Shown here: piece by piece, positions 38,290 to 52,675 of the stretch
Layout: each line of letters begins with the position of its first letter
How positions within the stretch are numbered: the stretch's first letter is position 1
Assembly (NCBI GenBank): GCA_026770705.1
Contig: JANJGN010000041.1
Location: 2,852,001-2,916,000, forward strand
Source: Isurus oxyrinchus
Taxonomy: Eukaryota
DNA: 64,000 bases
Reading direction: 5' to 3'
Translations under genes and position numbers: made by a program
The notes under the pieces: generated by a model
The model's database searches: none
Seen by the model: the letters and a program-made list of their open reading frames with translations, nothing else
Told to the model about the DNA's origin: nothing

Positions 38290-41200
38290 CAATCCACGGA
38301 GGTTGCAGTACATAATTTCGAAAATTTACCCCTCCCTGAGTGATGAATTCTTCCTAAGACCAGTTCTAAATGCAGACCTCTTATTCTGATATTGCTTTTC
38401 AGGGTTTTAGGCACCCCCAACAGGGGAACAATCCAGGCAAATCTACACCAACGAAATTTATAAGAACGATGGATGCTTCAGTGAGATCAATTTTCATGTG
38501 CCAATGCTCCAGAAAGCAGAAGATGAGTCTCGTCAATGTCTCCACATAGGACAATCCCAGCGACCTTAATGTAATCCAAGAGGTAATGTGTTGAACATTC
38601 CTTGTCGCAGAGCTACAACAGCACCTAATGAAATCCACACAAAAGGGGCAAAGTAGATGGTTTACTGGAAGCACGAACATCACCATAAACATTCCACATG
38701 AATATTGCAGATTTGGGTAATCGCTGGCTTGGGGTTACAAATTATTCTTGTGCACAAATCAGCTAACGCTGATGGTCCACAGTGCCTCGTGAATGCCCTG
38801 TTTTGATCGGTTTATCAAGGTGAATTGTACGCCATTTAGCACAATGATTGTCTCACAAAATACAATCGAGAGAAGCCCTGATGTGAAGGCGGAATTTGTC
38901 TGAACAAGTACCGTGCGGCAGTTATTCCTATTAATCCTTTAATGAACAGATGCACCTGTGGTGGGTAGGTTGGTGGACCGGATTTACATAGAGTTTTGCA
39001 CCTGCGTTGTTCCCTGATCACCTGCCAAAGACCCAGTCTAGCAGTTACATTTATGGACTGGCCAGCTCGAAAATTAATGGCTCAACCGATCCTCTCTTGT
39101 TCACAGACATCGCGGTCCGCATTGTGAAGCATTTTTCTTTCCCTGTCATTCCCCAAAAGATCATCGATCCATCCACTGAGGGGAAAGGGAGGTGGTCAGC
39201 AGGAGGGGATATTCTTTGCCCATGTGTTTCATGATGTCATGAGATTTCATTTAAATACCACGTGCTCTCAAGGATATGAAAAGTGATGCACACTGAAAGT
39301 GTTGCAAAATGGTATTTAGGAATCAGTAATACAATTGTGCAATAACGAGAAATTCAAATGATATTTCACCATTTAGATCAGACAATTTCACTCAGATGTT
39401 TGCTGATGATTCATATGAACTTTAAAAGCTTTAAGAGGAATTACTCAGATAAGGATAAACATCTTGAATCATTCAATCTACGGAATGATTGCAAATCAAA
39501 CTGTCTGCTTTGTCTTGGAATAAGTCAATATTGTTGAATTATATTAGAGCGTAAATCATCCAGACAGGTGTAGCATATCCCATCATACTCCTGATTTGAC
39601 TATTTAAATGGAGGAAAGGTTTTGGAGAGTCAGGGGGTGCGTTGCTCACAACAGCATTCTCAGATTCTGACCTGCCCTTCTAGTCACAGTTTCTTGTCAA
39701 TGGTTTGTCCAATGATGGTGAAATTGGATTCTTAAGCGATGGTGATGTCATTAAAACTCATGGACATTTTGATGGATACTCCTTCGGTTCAGTTGGTCAT
39801 TGCATTTCAATTTTGTGGGATGCAAATTACCTGTCGAATTTCAGCATAAGTATGGCTATTGCCCAGGTATGGATGGACATGGGCATGGATGTTATTAGCA
39901 TAGGTTGTGTCGCGAATGGTGCTGAACTTTGAACAATTGTCAGCGGACACAACCTTCTCCCAGTAGCCCACACCCTACCCACCACACCAAACCTCTTTCT
40001 GTGTTTTAAATGGAATGTATTTCATTGATGCAGCAGCTTAAGATGGCTGTGCTCAGGGCACTGCCCTCAGGCTCTCGTCAAGTTATGTCATGGGAAACAA
40101 AGAATAAAGAAAAATATCCTTTTCACTTGATATGACTTCAAGCACTGGGGACTTTGCTCCTTTTTCTTATTGACTAAAATTCTGATAGCCCTCCTTGACA
40201 CCATAGTGTGATAGCTGTTGTCTTGATATAAAACACTGCTCCTCTCTCCTTACCTTATGAGTACAGCACTTTTGAAAATGTTTCAACCAAGGTTGAACCG
40301 AGAGTTGGAGTTCACACGAAGCAAGAAGTGAGCGTCAGTGAGCAGTTTACTGTGAGTACCTGGCGATTGAAAGCATTGTCCATGATACTTTTCATCACTT
40401 TGATCATGATGAAGTGTAGGCAGACGGTGCTGTAATTAGATTGCTTGGATTTGGCGTGTGTTTTTGTGGATAGGCATGTGAAAATGCTGACATTTTTGCA
40501 TCGATACCAGTATTTTAGATGCACCATACGAGCTTCGATAAAGTAGTCTTATTCAGGAGCACTGATCTCCCATACTATTGGCATTGTCTAAAATTACCCT
40601 TAGCCTCTGCATCATCCAGATTCTTCTGTCATTCCTTAAATTCGAGTGCTGAGAATCACATTGTATTACGCCTGGCATCTGTATTGCTTTTTATCCAATG
40701 GAGGAGGCTGGGATGGTTCATCCACCCGTCACTTCAGGGTGAATGTGGCTGCAAATTCTTCAGCCATGTATATGCACTGGTGCACAGTGCTACACAGTCA
40801 TTTCCGATGGGGATATTGGTGGTGATCCGTCCACCAGTGAGTTGCAGAATTTTCCACCGCCATTCAAGGCGACTGTGACTTCACTTCAGAGCTGAGCTAT
40901 CGTTACTTGGTAGGGCGATCAATGAGCCCTGCTTTTCTGATGCTGAATACGCTGTTTTGCCTGCAAGTAGCCTTGTCTTACAATTCAACAGGTGAAGCCT
41001 TGTTGTTAGGAATGGTCACTGTTGCTGTGGACATATGACAGATGTCGGCAAAGTTCCTTCATTTGTGCACTTGACCTCGAAAGCATGGAAGGACAACAGC
41101 AGAAGAGGCATGGGAACACTTTTAATTACAAAGTCCTTTCCAAGTCTCGCACCAAGTGGACTTGGAGATGTATCACCATTCCTTGACTGTCACTGGATCA

Positions 41201-41330
41201 AAAACCTAGAAATCCATCACTCGTAGCATTTTGTCTGCACCCGCTTCATATGGACTCCAAAGCTAGAAACATCTTATTTTCAAGAAGAATAATTGAAAAC
41301 AGAAATAAAATTACTAATCTTGTCAATATA
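38290..41330. mobile_element. Cluster of decayed LINE fragments inside the GPCR intron
   Basis: A CR1 3' end (minus, about 38290-38620) and several pieces of the CR1/L2-clade family (minus about 39560-41030, plus 3' end about 41040-41330) recognised by similarity to other copies in the window. Confidence 0.55.
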
Positions 41331-44300
41331 TCCAAAGAAAAAAAAAATCCATGATGAACGAGTTATGAAGAGTGACATTCTTTTTGTATTGAAATGACGG
41401 CCCTGGCTTTTGCTTTTTTTCGAGCTCAACAAACAATAACTACAATATCCATGTTTAAATGTAAATTATTTCGGACAATACTGGTCCCAAACTGAGAATG
41501 TATATTTTGAATTCACTCCTGAATATCCAAATCTTTAACCAAAAAAATTGGCTGAAATTTTCGTCCACATTTCATACCTCTCCCCCACCCTCTAAAGGCC
41601 CCACTCCCCATCACCCACCCACCTCAAAAATGCCGAATCTGCACGCAGGTCAATGACATGCATCGGGTATAATGTTGTCAGTTACATGAACCTCCCCGGT
41701 TTCAGATGGAGAACAGTTACAAGTTACTAATTAGCCACTTATTGAGTTTCTGAACGACACAACCGAATGTTTTCTTGATTCGTGCCTTGCATTTGCCGTG
41801 GCCCAGACGAGAGAGAAAACATATTTCTGTGCAGCTACCATCAGACCAGAATCGCGTGGAAGAGAGGTTCTGCGTCCGGGTCCATGATTAAATGCAGCAA
41901 CAGATGGTGCTGGGGAAGGTGGCAGCGGTTTCAGGATTACTTTTCACTTTTCTTGTTTCTTGCCTGAGCTTTCAACAAAAAATATTTTTGGCAAAACCGT
42001 TTCTGAGATCAAGTGGTCTTGAGCTTGCAGCCATACCGACTTCCTGTTCAAAGCATTACACTCTGTCGCAGGATGTTCAGGCTTTCACTGCCGATTGGAC
42101 GCATACCCTATTGTGCATCACTCATTGCCTCTTCACAGTGGCAATTTAATTAATTGTGGAGCTGGAGATGGTCTATGGGAGAGTGTGGAGGGAAAGGGCT
42201 AATTTTACATTTCTCCAATCTCACCTGCCTAAAAACGTAAAATCCATGCCACTGTCTACTTATTATAATGATTCTGCATGATTTTAAATCACGATTACGT
42301 TTTGCACATGCACCGGAGGATCTGTGTCACTTCTCTAGTGTAACTGCTGCTGACTGTATACTTAATTTGCTAGCTAAATAGTGGATAATCGTTTGGATAG
42401 GTCACTATTTAATTAGGTAGATAATTGGTTGCTTCATTCCTGCTCAACTTCAATGTTTAATTCGGAAAGAAATCTGGAAATATATTGATAATTTATTGGA
42501 TAACAGTTTTGATAATGAATTTGTTCAAACATTGGCTGCTTCATTGTATAATTTTTTTCAATTACTCTATATTTGAACCTGTTTCCTTATTTAGAGTGTG
42601 GCCAGTACAGTTTAAAGTGATGATAATTTGGCGAACAATCTTTGTATATTTCACAATAGCGCACAGATAATTATGCCTCTCAGTTTAAATGCATGTCATT
42701 GTCGGAATATAAATATTCGGTTTGCTCAAATAATAATAGGTATTGGGTAAATGAAGGTAAATTTTCATTTTTGACATTTATTTCAGCTGCAGCTGTGTCA
42801 AAATAGCTTTGATTAATAATGCTTCCACCTTTTCCAGTTCAACCTACATTCCGAACAGAAACCCAAAATTTAATTTTGATCTATTGCCTAGCGTTTTCAA
42901 GGCTGTTTGTGATTACCTTTGACAGCTCCATTAAGTCCATCAATATTTGATGCTTGCATTCGAGTTAGAGAATTGTGAATTGGGGGCTGCCAACTGGGCT
43001 GTGTATGTAATGCAAATAGATACTTGCTTTTTTTTATGTGTGGTCAAACATTGCCAATTTGCAATCTGATCCAAAAATGTAAAAAAAACTATTTATCTTT
43101 ATCCGACTATTTTGCATTACTTCATTCAAAGTTCATCTGAATCATTAACCAACAACATATTGAAATAACATGATCCAATATGTTAATTAACCACCCGTTT
43201 ATAGACCATCAATGCATTGTTATTTCCCTACATTCAAGTTTGCGAAAAATCTACGCTCAGTCTGCACCATGTTGCATAGCCTGGAAAACAGTTGATAATT
43301 GAAATAACTCTCGATCTACTCATCCCATTGTTTTGCGCATGTGCATTATCCATTCATTAATCTGTGCCTTCCAAATCTGACCGCGGATTTCGGTCGGAAA
43401 GCTATTCAGCACCCTTGAAGGAGCCATGACATCCTCTCCTATAACAGCGCCAGCAGAACTAAAAACAAAATTTCGGCAGCGAGCCGATTACCCACTTTCG
43501 ATAATAATTCAAGCTAGAGTTATTTAATTTGATTTTAAATGCCGAAAATAATCTAGCAAACGTGTGCATCAAGTTATTACATATCTAGCAGCTACAAATT
43601 AGTTCAGAAATATTCACTTAGAAAATATAATCTTCAAAATTCAAATGGACATTCACTATCTAAAGAACAGAAAGCATAATGCAACCGTGATTATCTGAGG
43701 CTCACATCAATTTCGCTTAACTTACATAGATGATTGGGTTTCATCAGTAATCAGTATAAATGTCTGAAGTTAATCTTGTGGAAAATAATGCAGCATTGAA
43801 TAACGGCGTTAATTCTCGAAAAATGTTCCTGCATTTTGAAAAAAAATATGCATTTTAACAAATAATGCTAAGATTCATGTGTTTTATGAACCTGGCCAAT
43901 CTGAAATGAAATAAGCTGTAGAGGATGTTAATTTAAACATGGGCGTGATAGGTGTAATGTCTCTTTCGTCAGTTTATCGACAATTCGTAATTTCACTTTT
44001 CTGAACATATATTAGTTTAAAGATTCAAATTGATGTCCCCATCACCTTCAATCTTTATCAAGATCTTTCGCACTTGATGCCCAGCAGAAATCAATTTTCA
44101 GCTTCATATTTAAAATCACTTCACACGGATGCTGCACTTGAGATGCCCTTTCTGCCCTTTCGGCAATAAAGTGAATGGTTTTGCAGCCGATCAATTAATG
44201 GGAACTCTGTCCTGTCTACTAGGAAGTAAAACGCTAGTTATGACCTCAGTACAATCACATCATCGAATTGGTCATTAACTTTGCTTTGCAAGAAATGTGC

Positions 44301-45279
44301 CCCTATGGCCAATAAACATTGCCCACTCAATCTGATAGCAATGTCACCGTTCCCAGTCCGCCATTAAATTGCCCTATTGATCAGGACTGACTCCACCCAT
44401 TCTGCATAGCAATGTTGCTTCACACCTTCTGCATTGAATTAGCGATGCATTCACCTGAAATAATGCTGCACAATGCCCAGCCAGCATATCAATCTTACAT
44501 TACTCATTCTGACTTAAAACACATGACTGATCAGCTCTCATTCATGAATAAAACTTCTCGCTGTGAACCTGCATAGGAATGTCACTTTGTACTGATTGTC
44601 ATTGTACCGCCACCGTGATAACTGCAGTGTAAACTTGCATTCAGCCTTGTCTATGCTGTCTTTTATGTAGCTCAGTGACCATTTTCTGGTCGTATGTTTT
44701 TGCCATTCCATCTTTCATCCTCTCAAGCATTCAGAGTATGTTCGTGCCCCTGGACAATATTTTACCTTCAAGCTGGATGTCCTGTAGCACAGTAATGCTT
44801 CCCAGTATTTATCACATCTGTAGACCACCCATATGCATTGCAGCAATACCTCTTCCAGAGTATAAGTCAACTTGGCACAGATACTATTTTGCGCATTAAT
44901 TTCCCATTTCACATTGTACCAACACACATGAATTGCCACTTTACACCTCCCATTTACCTTTTATTATTCACGATGCCCAGCCATTTGTTTGCTTTCAAAT
45001 TTTCCAGGTCACATTCGCCCTCAGTAATCTCAATCATTACTAAACAATAGTCGCCTAGTTTACGTTGAATATGGTCATTTCAAATTACGAATTATCAACT
45101 GAGGTTTTCCTTCCCTATCCACTTTGATTCGGTCCAGTTTAAATTTAGAACATGCTCGCCTCGGAATGCAGACTGTGCATATTTGGGTTGAAAGCACAAT
45201 CCTTTGCTGCAACAGGAACAAAATTAGTAATGTTCATTTGTGTCGTCTATCTCTTGCTCTCTTTATCCCTCTCTTACAG

Positions 45280-46136
45280 TTAATCTTGTTGCGATTGTGA
45301 TTCTTTCCCGAGGAAACTGTGGCCTTTCCAAATGTATTACCCACTATATGATCGCCATGGCCGTGGCAGATCTCCTGGTTGTTTGTGCTGAAGTCATACT
45401 GAAAAATACGCTGGATATTTATTTCCCTGTTTTATTCTTGACCACGAGCACGTTGTGCCCTCTAACTGTGATTCTGACTTACGTAGTCATATCAGCCTCT
45501 GTCTGGTTAACAGTGGTGTTCACCTTCGATCGTTTTGTGGTCATATGTTGTAAGAAGCTGCGAAAAAATTATTGCACAGGGACAACAGCGGTAGCTGTCA
45601 TATCAGTGGTGAGTGTGTTGAGTTGTTTGATAAACATTCCCTGGTACTTTGCGTTTGAAACTGCATTTATAATGGAAAATGTAAATCGTGGTTGTGTCCT
45701 AACACAGAATTTTTTCATTTCTGCTGAATGGGCCGCATTTGACTTGTTTACCATTATCTTGACGCCATGTATTCCATTTATCCTAATTTTGTTGCTAAAT
45801 GTTTTGACGGCTAGACATATTTTGGTGGCCAGTAAAGTTCGCAGATGTCTCCGCGTTTGCAACAAGGATTCTGAAATAGAAAGCCGAAGAACGTCCATTA
45901 TTTTACTCTTCAGTATAACCGGGAGCTTTATATTGCTCTGGACAACTCCGGTTATATATATTATCTCTTTGCATGTAACAGTCACATCGAATTCTGGCGC
46001 AAATGCACTTCAGTCAGTTGGATCCATGCTTGGGATCCTCAGTTGCTGCACAAATACATTCATTTATGTGCTGACACAGGCTAAGTTTAGGAAGGAGCTG
46101 AAGAACGGAATGCAGTATCTTGTGAAATTGGGATAA
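45280..46136 (+). CDS. GPR139/142-like GPCR gene 2, second coding exon (spliced protein 308 aa)
   Basis: The acceptor CTCTCTTTATCCCTCTCTTACAG ends at 45279. The frame is open with AMAVADLLV, FTFDRF, PWYF, LTPCIPF, SFILLW and SCCTNTFIY, and stops at TAA 46134-46136. 70+857 nt = 309 codons including the stop. Confidence 0.92.
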
Positions 46137-46356
46137 AATTAGGCAAATTACAGTGGAGTACCCGTTCACCATTTCAGTAGGACATGAGGTTTGTGCCTTG
46201 AATGAACTCATGTTAGGAAAATGCTTGTAACAACGTTGAAGCATTCTGCATGAAATAATATCCTACTAAAAATGTTCATTTATACTATAATGTCAAACTG
46301 AACTCCTTTTCACAATATACAGTATTCAATGGTGATTTGTATGTTGTGATAATATT

Positions 46357-46372
46357 AATAAATGATAATAAA
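46357..46372 (+). promoter_or_regulatory. Two tandem polyadenylation signals for GPCR gene 2
   Basis: AATAAA at 46357-46362 and 46367-46372, about 220 nt after the stop. Confidence 0.55.
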
Positions 46373-47799
46373 ACGTACTGAACCTCCACTGTTAGCTGTG
46401 CAGAGATTGAAAGGGTGAATTGTGATGCCAGCTGCTGACAGCCTGGTGTTCATTGGAACAGTTGTTCTTATCAACATAAGAACACCCCAAACATCAGCAG
46501 CTGCATCACGATAACTCGACAAATGTAACATAGACAAACATCAGGAATTTCCTACAATCTACTCTGGGCCAAATAGTACATAGGGGGAATTTTCAGGACA
46601 TGTTTCATGAAGTCTGGCACCCTGCAAATGTCGGACAGTTGCACAAAGAGCTGCTTCTCCAAGTTCCATATACCTCAAACGATTGAAACAAGGAAGGCCT
46701 GGTCATCACGTGTTTTGTTAAAAGTCGGGTATTGACGCAATTGATCACACATTCCCACGATCCACAGTGCACAGAGACGACACCATATAAAGGATTCAAA
46801 ACTTTTAAATGCGATTACCCTACGATTCATTTGAAAGCACAAATGAAATCATACTTGTTTTTGCACGATTAATGGGACTACCTCCTCCCCACATGTTCAT
46901 TCACAACACTCTCTGTCTCATGTTATCTGGTCCTTTCACACATACAGCCTTCAAATGGCTGTTATCATATTCTCGAATGTTTTAATATGTTTGACTTTAC
47001 AGCCACTCATCAATGTAGTGTATGACGCTTCGACCAGGTATCAGCACGATTTCCCAGCCAAGAAACGTCTGACCACACGTGGCCCTCCCACCAACTTACG
47101 TCTTTGTATACCTATGCATATTGAATGTGAAAAAATGTAACGCAATTGTTCTCGTCACATATTCTTATCATTTACATAACTTAAATGCCATTCGTAGAAA
47201 GCAACCATTGACAGGCTACAGCACAGAAGCAGACTATTTGAACCGTCCTTTCCTTACTGTGTCTCTGCAGGAAGATGCAGGCGGCAGCCACTCTTCCAGC
47301 TTCTCCCTATTATCTGGGTCATTCGTTTTTCTCAGATTTAAAATTCAAAATCCTCTTGATCATTATTAGTTACCCACTCCAAACACCGGGTATAATGATT
47401 GGCCAGAACAACTGCCAGTTAAAGCATCATTACATAGAAACCCACAACCGCTGTCCTTGAATAAATAAACATTTAAAACAAGACAGATTCGGTCATGGCA
47501 TGAGGGGCATAGCTGGCACGAAGAGCAATTATTGTCAATCTTTAATTGCTCTTGCAGCAAATAATATGTGCTCCATCCTTCTGAGCAGCTGCAGTGCTTC
47601 TGATATCTTCGCCCTGGCTGCTTAGGGCCTGAATTACTAATTTCCCAGACCACCGGCTCAGCTAGCACTCTTTTCTAAATGTTTAATCTGGCTTTTCGGC
47701 AACAGGACTTTCTATATATGCACCCCGACTGTTCAGCTTCCAGTTCTTTCTGTTCCTGAAGGAACCTAAGTTCCACAAAGTAATGCCACGACTCAACAC

Positions 47800-48720
47800 T
47801 GTTTAGGTCCTTCACCAATGACCTCCTCTCCAGCTTAAGGTCGGAAATGGGGATGTTCGCTCATGATTCCACAATGTTCAACACAATTCATGATTCCTGA
47901 GATAATGAGGTTGTCCATTGCCAGATGCAGCATGTTCAGGCTTCGGCTCACAAGTGGAAAATGACATTTACAGCATACAAGTACCAGGCAATGACTATCT
48001 CCAAAATAGAATATCAAACCATTGCCCGTCAACATTCAATGACATTACCATAGCCGAAAATCGTACTAGCAGCATTGTAGTGGATATCATTGACCAGAAA
48101 CAACATAACTGGATTGGCCAATAAATACAACGTTTACAAATGCAGTTGAGATGCCAGGAATCCTGCAGCGAATAACACAAGTGCTGAAACCCCAATTCCG
48201 TTCCACCATTTACAAGACAGGAATTTCATGGTATACTCTCTACTTGCTGGGATGCATGCAGCTCCAATATTAGTCAAGAAGCATGATAGCATCTGGGATA
48301 AATCAGCCAGTGATTGACACCACATCAATGAACGTTGACACTCTCCACCACTGATGAACAATGGCAGCAGTGCTTAATATCTGCAAGGTGCGCGGCAGGA
48401 ATTCTGGAAATCAACTTGGACCATTCAGTCCAAACCCACGAAGGATAATGGGCAGCAGGTTTATGCGAACACGACTATTTGGAAGTTCCCCTCCAAGCTA
48501 CTCACCAGCTTGATTTGAAATGATACTCCTGTCCCTTCCTTGTCATCGTGTCAAATTCCAGGAACTCCATCCCCAAGGGCACTATGCGTGCAGAGTGGCC
48601 AGAGGGACTGCTGCGGTTCAAGAAGGCAGCTCCACACCACTTTCTCTAGGGTACTTATGTCTGGGCATTAAACACTTGCGAACGACTGGCACCAACATCC
48701 TGTTAACGAATAATAATAAA
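47800..48720 (+). mobile_element. Degraded LINE 3' part (CR1/L2-clade family)
   Basis: GGGATGTTCGCTCATGATTCCACAATGTTC (GMFA.D.TMF) through to an A-rich (AAT)n tail at about 48710. Confidence 0.75.
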
Positions 48721-48729
48721 ATATAATTG

Positions 48730-49160
48730 TCCCTCTGGCTGCACAGCTACTGCGCTTCCCATTTTTCCAGTCTGTCAGCTCTGTTCTACTATAACCAAAT
48801 CACTTTCCTAGCTAATACTTACTGCTTCTTATAAAACTAACCTCTTGCTATTTAGCTCCCGGACTTTTATAAATCTCTGCCCTGGGGGAAGAGTGCCTTT
48901 TACCTTCCAATCTGTGTTTTGATTATCTAAGGCACGCTTTTTTTATCTCTGTTATGGGGGTGTAGCCCCTTTCTAATCTTTGCTTTTAATATCTCTCTCT
49001 AGCTCTTTTTAAATCGCTCCTCTGGCCACTCAGCTTCCGCTCTTTTTACATATCTGCCATAGTGCCTCAACTACTCCTCTTTTTAAAAAATATCACCTGT
49101 TCGTGCACAGCTCCCAGCTCGCTCTAAATCTCTGCTCTCACTGTTCAGCTGCAGCAGTAA
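48730..49160. repeat. Highly degenerate ~37 bp tandem repeat
   Basis: Recurrent TTTTTAAATC(T/G)CT...CAGCT..C.CTC units, clearest at about 49005-49150. Confidence 0.5.
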
Positions 49161-50739
49161 AAGAATAATTAAACCTGCCCTGACTGCCAAGTGTCTAGCC
49201 CGGAATTGGAGACTGTTGAGTTTAATTAAGAATGATCACTGGTTTGTAGCACCACCGTATCTGAGGAAGTGGGCAAAATCTACAAAGGTTGAAAATAGTG
49301 AATTCTTCTGACGCACCTCCCACTGAAGATTTAACATATGGTCCAGCAAATTCGCTAGATGTATTCAAAAAAAAAGACGATAGTTATTACAGTAAGGAGG
49401 GAGTTTGTGAAAATCATCGGAAGTGCCTATGTCGTTCCAAATGATGATGAGAACGAAATTTTCAGCAGATCTAAAAGCACTGGAAATGTTAAACGGAGAA
49501 AGGGTTGAAACAAATTCCCTGGTTTACACGAAAAATCGCTGATGTAACCTTTTCATTCTGCTGCAAATTATACGTCATAGAAACCACATGCAGATTATGC
49601 AAGGAATGCGGCAGTGTCTGGAATCATCTCAGTGATAGATTGCAATGTCATCGAATTATCTAAGGACAATATTCAAAGCGCAACAAAATGAATTGAATGA
49701 AAGCGAATGATCCCAGAAATGGAGGTACTGGATGTGGAAGCACAGAGATATATAAACAATGTGAGGATTAATGACAAACAACGTTGACAGGCATTATTGC
49801 AGCCGTTCAGTTCTAGATGAGCAGAACTCAGAGTTTTTTCGGACACCTGCAAGGCTTTTTGAGCACACCATTGAATCATTTCTGGGAATAATTGCCATTG
49901 GAGCTAACTTCGACCCTCTGATGCATGGATATGCCCCACGCAGCATAAAGTAAATATACTCCTGACCATTTTCTTGGAACTCGTATTCAAAATAAGCTAA
50001 TTTCGATGATGACATTGCAGGTGAAGAAATTGAACTTTATTGTAAACGTGAAGGCTGCAATACACCTTGTGCTTCTTCTTGTCATTACCCCTGGTCTGAC
50101 TGATGAAGATCATTTATTCCTTGTGCTTCGTTAGCTTGATCTGTTTTCTGAAGATGTGAATCGAAGGGAGGATTTGATTCATTCTCTGATGATTCAAAAC
50201 AAAATTTAGTAAGGCCTTTCTGTTTCTCTCAATGATGCGCCAAATGGGCTTGGCCTTCGCATCACTGTGAGAGGCAGGGACTCAACAATCAGGTAAATAT
50301 TAAGGATCAGAAACGAGGCGTACAGGCCTGCCCACTTCAACACAACCGTTGAAGCTTTTTAACCCCATGAGGCTGCCACAACTTATCTCTGGTATTGGAA
50401 GAAACAGCAAACTGTAGTTCTAAACAATGAAATTGTTTTGGAGTTGTGCAGGGAAATTAAAGAATTATTACAGTTTGAAACAACAAATGACATATATTGA
50501 GAGCGGAAGCTTCCTGGATAATGTTAAAGTCATTGTCAGACTGTTGGTGGAATGTCTAGTATTGAGTGGAAATGCAATATGTTACCAAACAGCTGATATC
50601 AGGAAGGCATTGATTACAGTTACTGAAGAATGTGGCAACTCAGCGTTAAAATAGAGACTTAGTCCATGATCAACTACGAAGTTAAAGGTTTCGAATTTTG
50701 CTTGGCAATGGTTGAGTGGCACAACAGCATATTCGCCAG

Positions 50740-52225
50740 AAGCATCGTGACCCAGCATATTTAATACTTCGATATGCAGCTTTGTGGGGCTTTAGCATTT
50801 CAGAGGGAAGGCGAAAATGAAAAGCAGGCTCCGTAGCACTCGTAATAAGCTAAGATATTATTTGTAATAGCGGACCTTTCATTAAATGATGATGGGCCAA
50901 TTTGTGAGGAGTTGGGAAACATCAAGGGGATCAAAGACTTGTGGGAGTTGTGAATAGCCCAGCAAACCACAGTGCTAAATTGTGGCGTGGTATACATCAG
51001 GAAATTCGTGCTGAATGTAACATGGTTAAAGCAGGAAAATTAGAAACTTCAGTTTGCAACATGACCATCGTTAAGCAAATCAGCACTAATAGCATGCAAG
51101 AGGAATTCATTGAATGTATCCTAGCATGGTTTCAGAACTAGTAAGTTGAGGAGCCAACTAGGAATCGAGCTAGACAGGATTTAGTGCTCGATCATGCGAA
51201 AGACTCAAAGCATTTCAGTGCTCTCAATTAATCTTTGGGAAATAGTCACAATAAAGTGATTGAGTTTTGCAATAAGTATGACAGCGATATGGTGAATCCT
51301 GAAACTTGGTGGTTAAATCTGAATAAAGAAAATTCTGAATGTAAGAGAGGCAAGTTGGCTATAATAGATTTCGAAAGTAAAGGAAAAGGTTTGTTAATGG
51401 GCAGGGAATGGCGAGTATTTTAGGAAATAATGCACTGTCTACATCAAACAAACATTCATCGAAAGCTCAACACAGAGACAGAAAAAAAACTCAACCGAAG
51501 TTTCCAAATGAAGTTAGATATCGCGCTTCATGAAATGAAATGATTTATCATGGCGCAAGAGAAAAAGTGGTAAATCTGAGGTTTGGGAGAACTTTAGAAC
51601 CCAGAAAGTGAGGACCAAGAAACTGATTTATAAATGGGAAGAGAATGTAACGCAATCCAGCGAGGAACATAAAGCGCAAGTCTCGGAACTTTACATGTAG
51701 GTAGGGGAATATTTATCATGGAGAACAGGGAAACATCATGGTAACGAAACAATAACTTTTCGCCTGTCGTCACAGAAGAACTTATAGAATATTTCCAAGA
51801 TAAGCTAGGCAACCAAATGAGTTGTGAAACAGGGAAGCGAAAAGGAATAAATAGTTTTACAGGAAACGGTAGTGCTTGACATGTGAACTGGATTGAAGGT
51901 TAAATAATTTGCTGGACTAGAATTGCTTCATCTCAAGAGTGCTGAAGGAGGAGGCTGAAGAAACAATGGTTGCATTGTTTGTTTTGTTTCAAAATTCTTT
52001 AGTTTCTGCAAAGCCTCCAGCGAATTAAAAAATATCAGATGTTGCATCACAATTGAAGAATGTAATAAGATGGTCGAGGGAGAACTGCAGACATGTTAGT
52101 TTTACATAAGAATTCTGGGAAAAGTTATTAGTACGGAGGTGATAACTGGGTATGTAGTAAAGAATGATAACATTGCACAATCTGATCAAGGATATATGGA
52201 AGGGAAATCATGTTAGAAAAACAAT
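50740..52225 (+). mobile_element. Degraded CR1 LINE (endonuclease to RT)
   Basis: EEFIECI...VEEPTR...LGNSHNKVIEF and LKVK...GL..LHLRVLKE.AEE-like CR1 ORF2 relics. Confidence 0.75.
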
Positions 52226-52675
52226 TAAGCAACTCACTGCATAAAGAGACTCCACACATATCCAGATTTTCAATGCTGCGAGGGCCCAGCATATCAGTGG
52301 AAAATGTAAAGCTAAAGCACTCTCAAAGGTACCGAATGGATGAGGCAACTTGGCCTCCTCCGTAGGTTCCCAAAATTACAGATGTTAGTCTTCAGTCAAG
52401 TTTAGTCACACTCTGTGATATCAGGAAGCCGCTGAACCTCTGGATACTGCAGGACGGTGGGCACGAGAATATTTCGGCAATTGTACTGAATGCTTGTGCA
52501 CTCGATAGTGCCCTATGGCATAGCCATGCTGCTCCAGTACAGATTCAACACTGGCATCTACTCAAATATCAGAAAAATCGCCCAAGTACGAGGTACAGAA
52601 AAATGCAGCACAAGCCCAACCTGTTCATTAACAGTCGCGTGAGCCTCCATTTGATAATCAGGAAAGTAATGGAAG

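Noticed and set aside
45240-45279. ORF-track N-terminus MSSISCSLYPSLT of GPCR 2
   Set aside because: It starts at GTG inside the intron's polypyrimidine tract. The real N-terminus comes from the exon at 36921-36990.
45569-45985. 138-aa antisense ORF
   Set aside because: It is a shadow of the GPCR coding strand and has no independent features.
49250-50100. Harbinger/DDE transposase relic (VIDC motif) in coding-like DNA
   Set aside because: Only a four-residue match, and no other catalytic motifs could be read.
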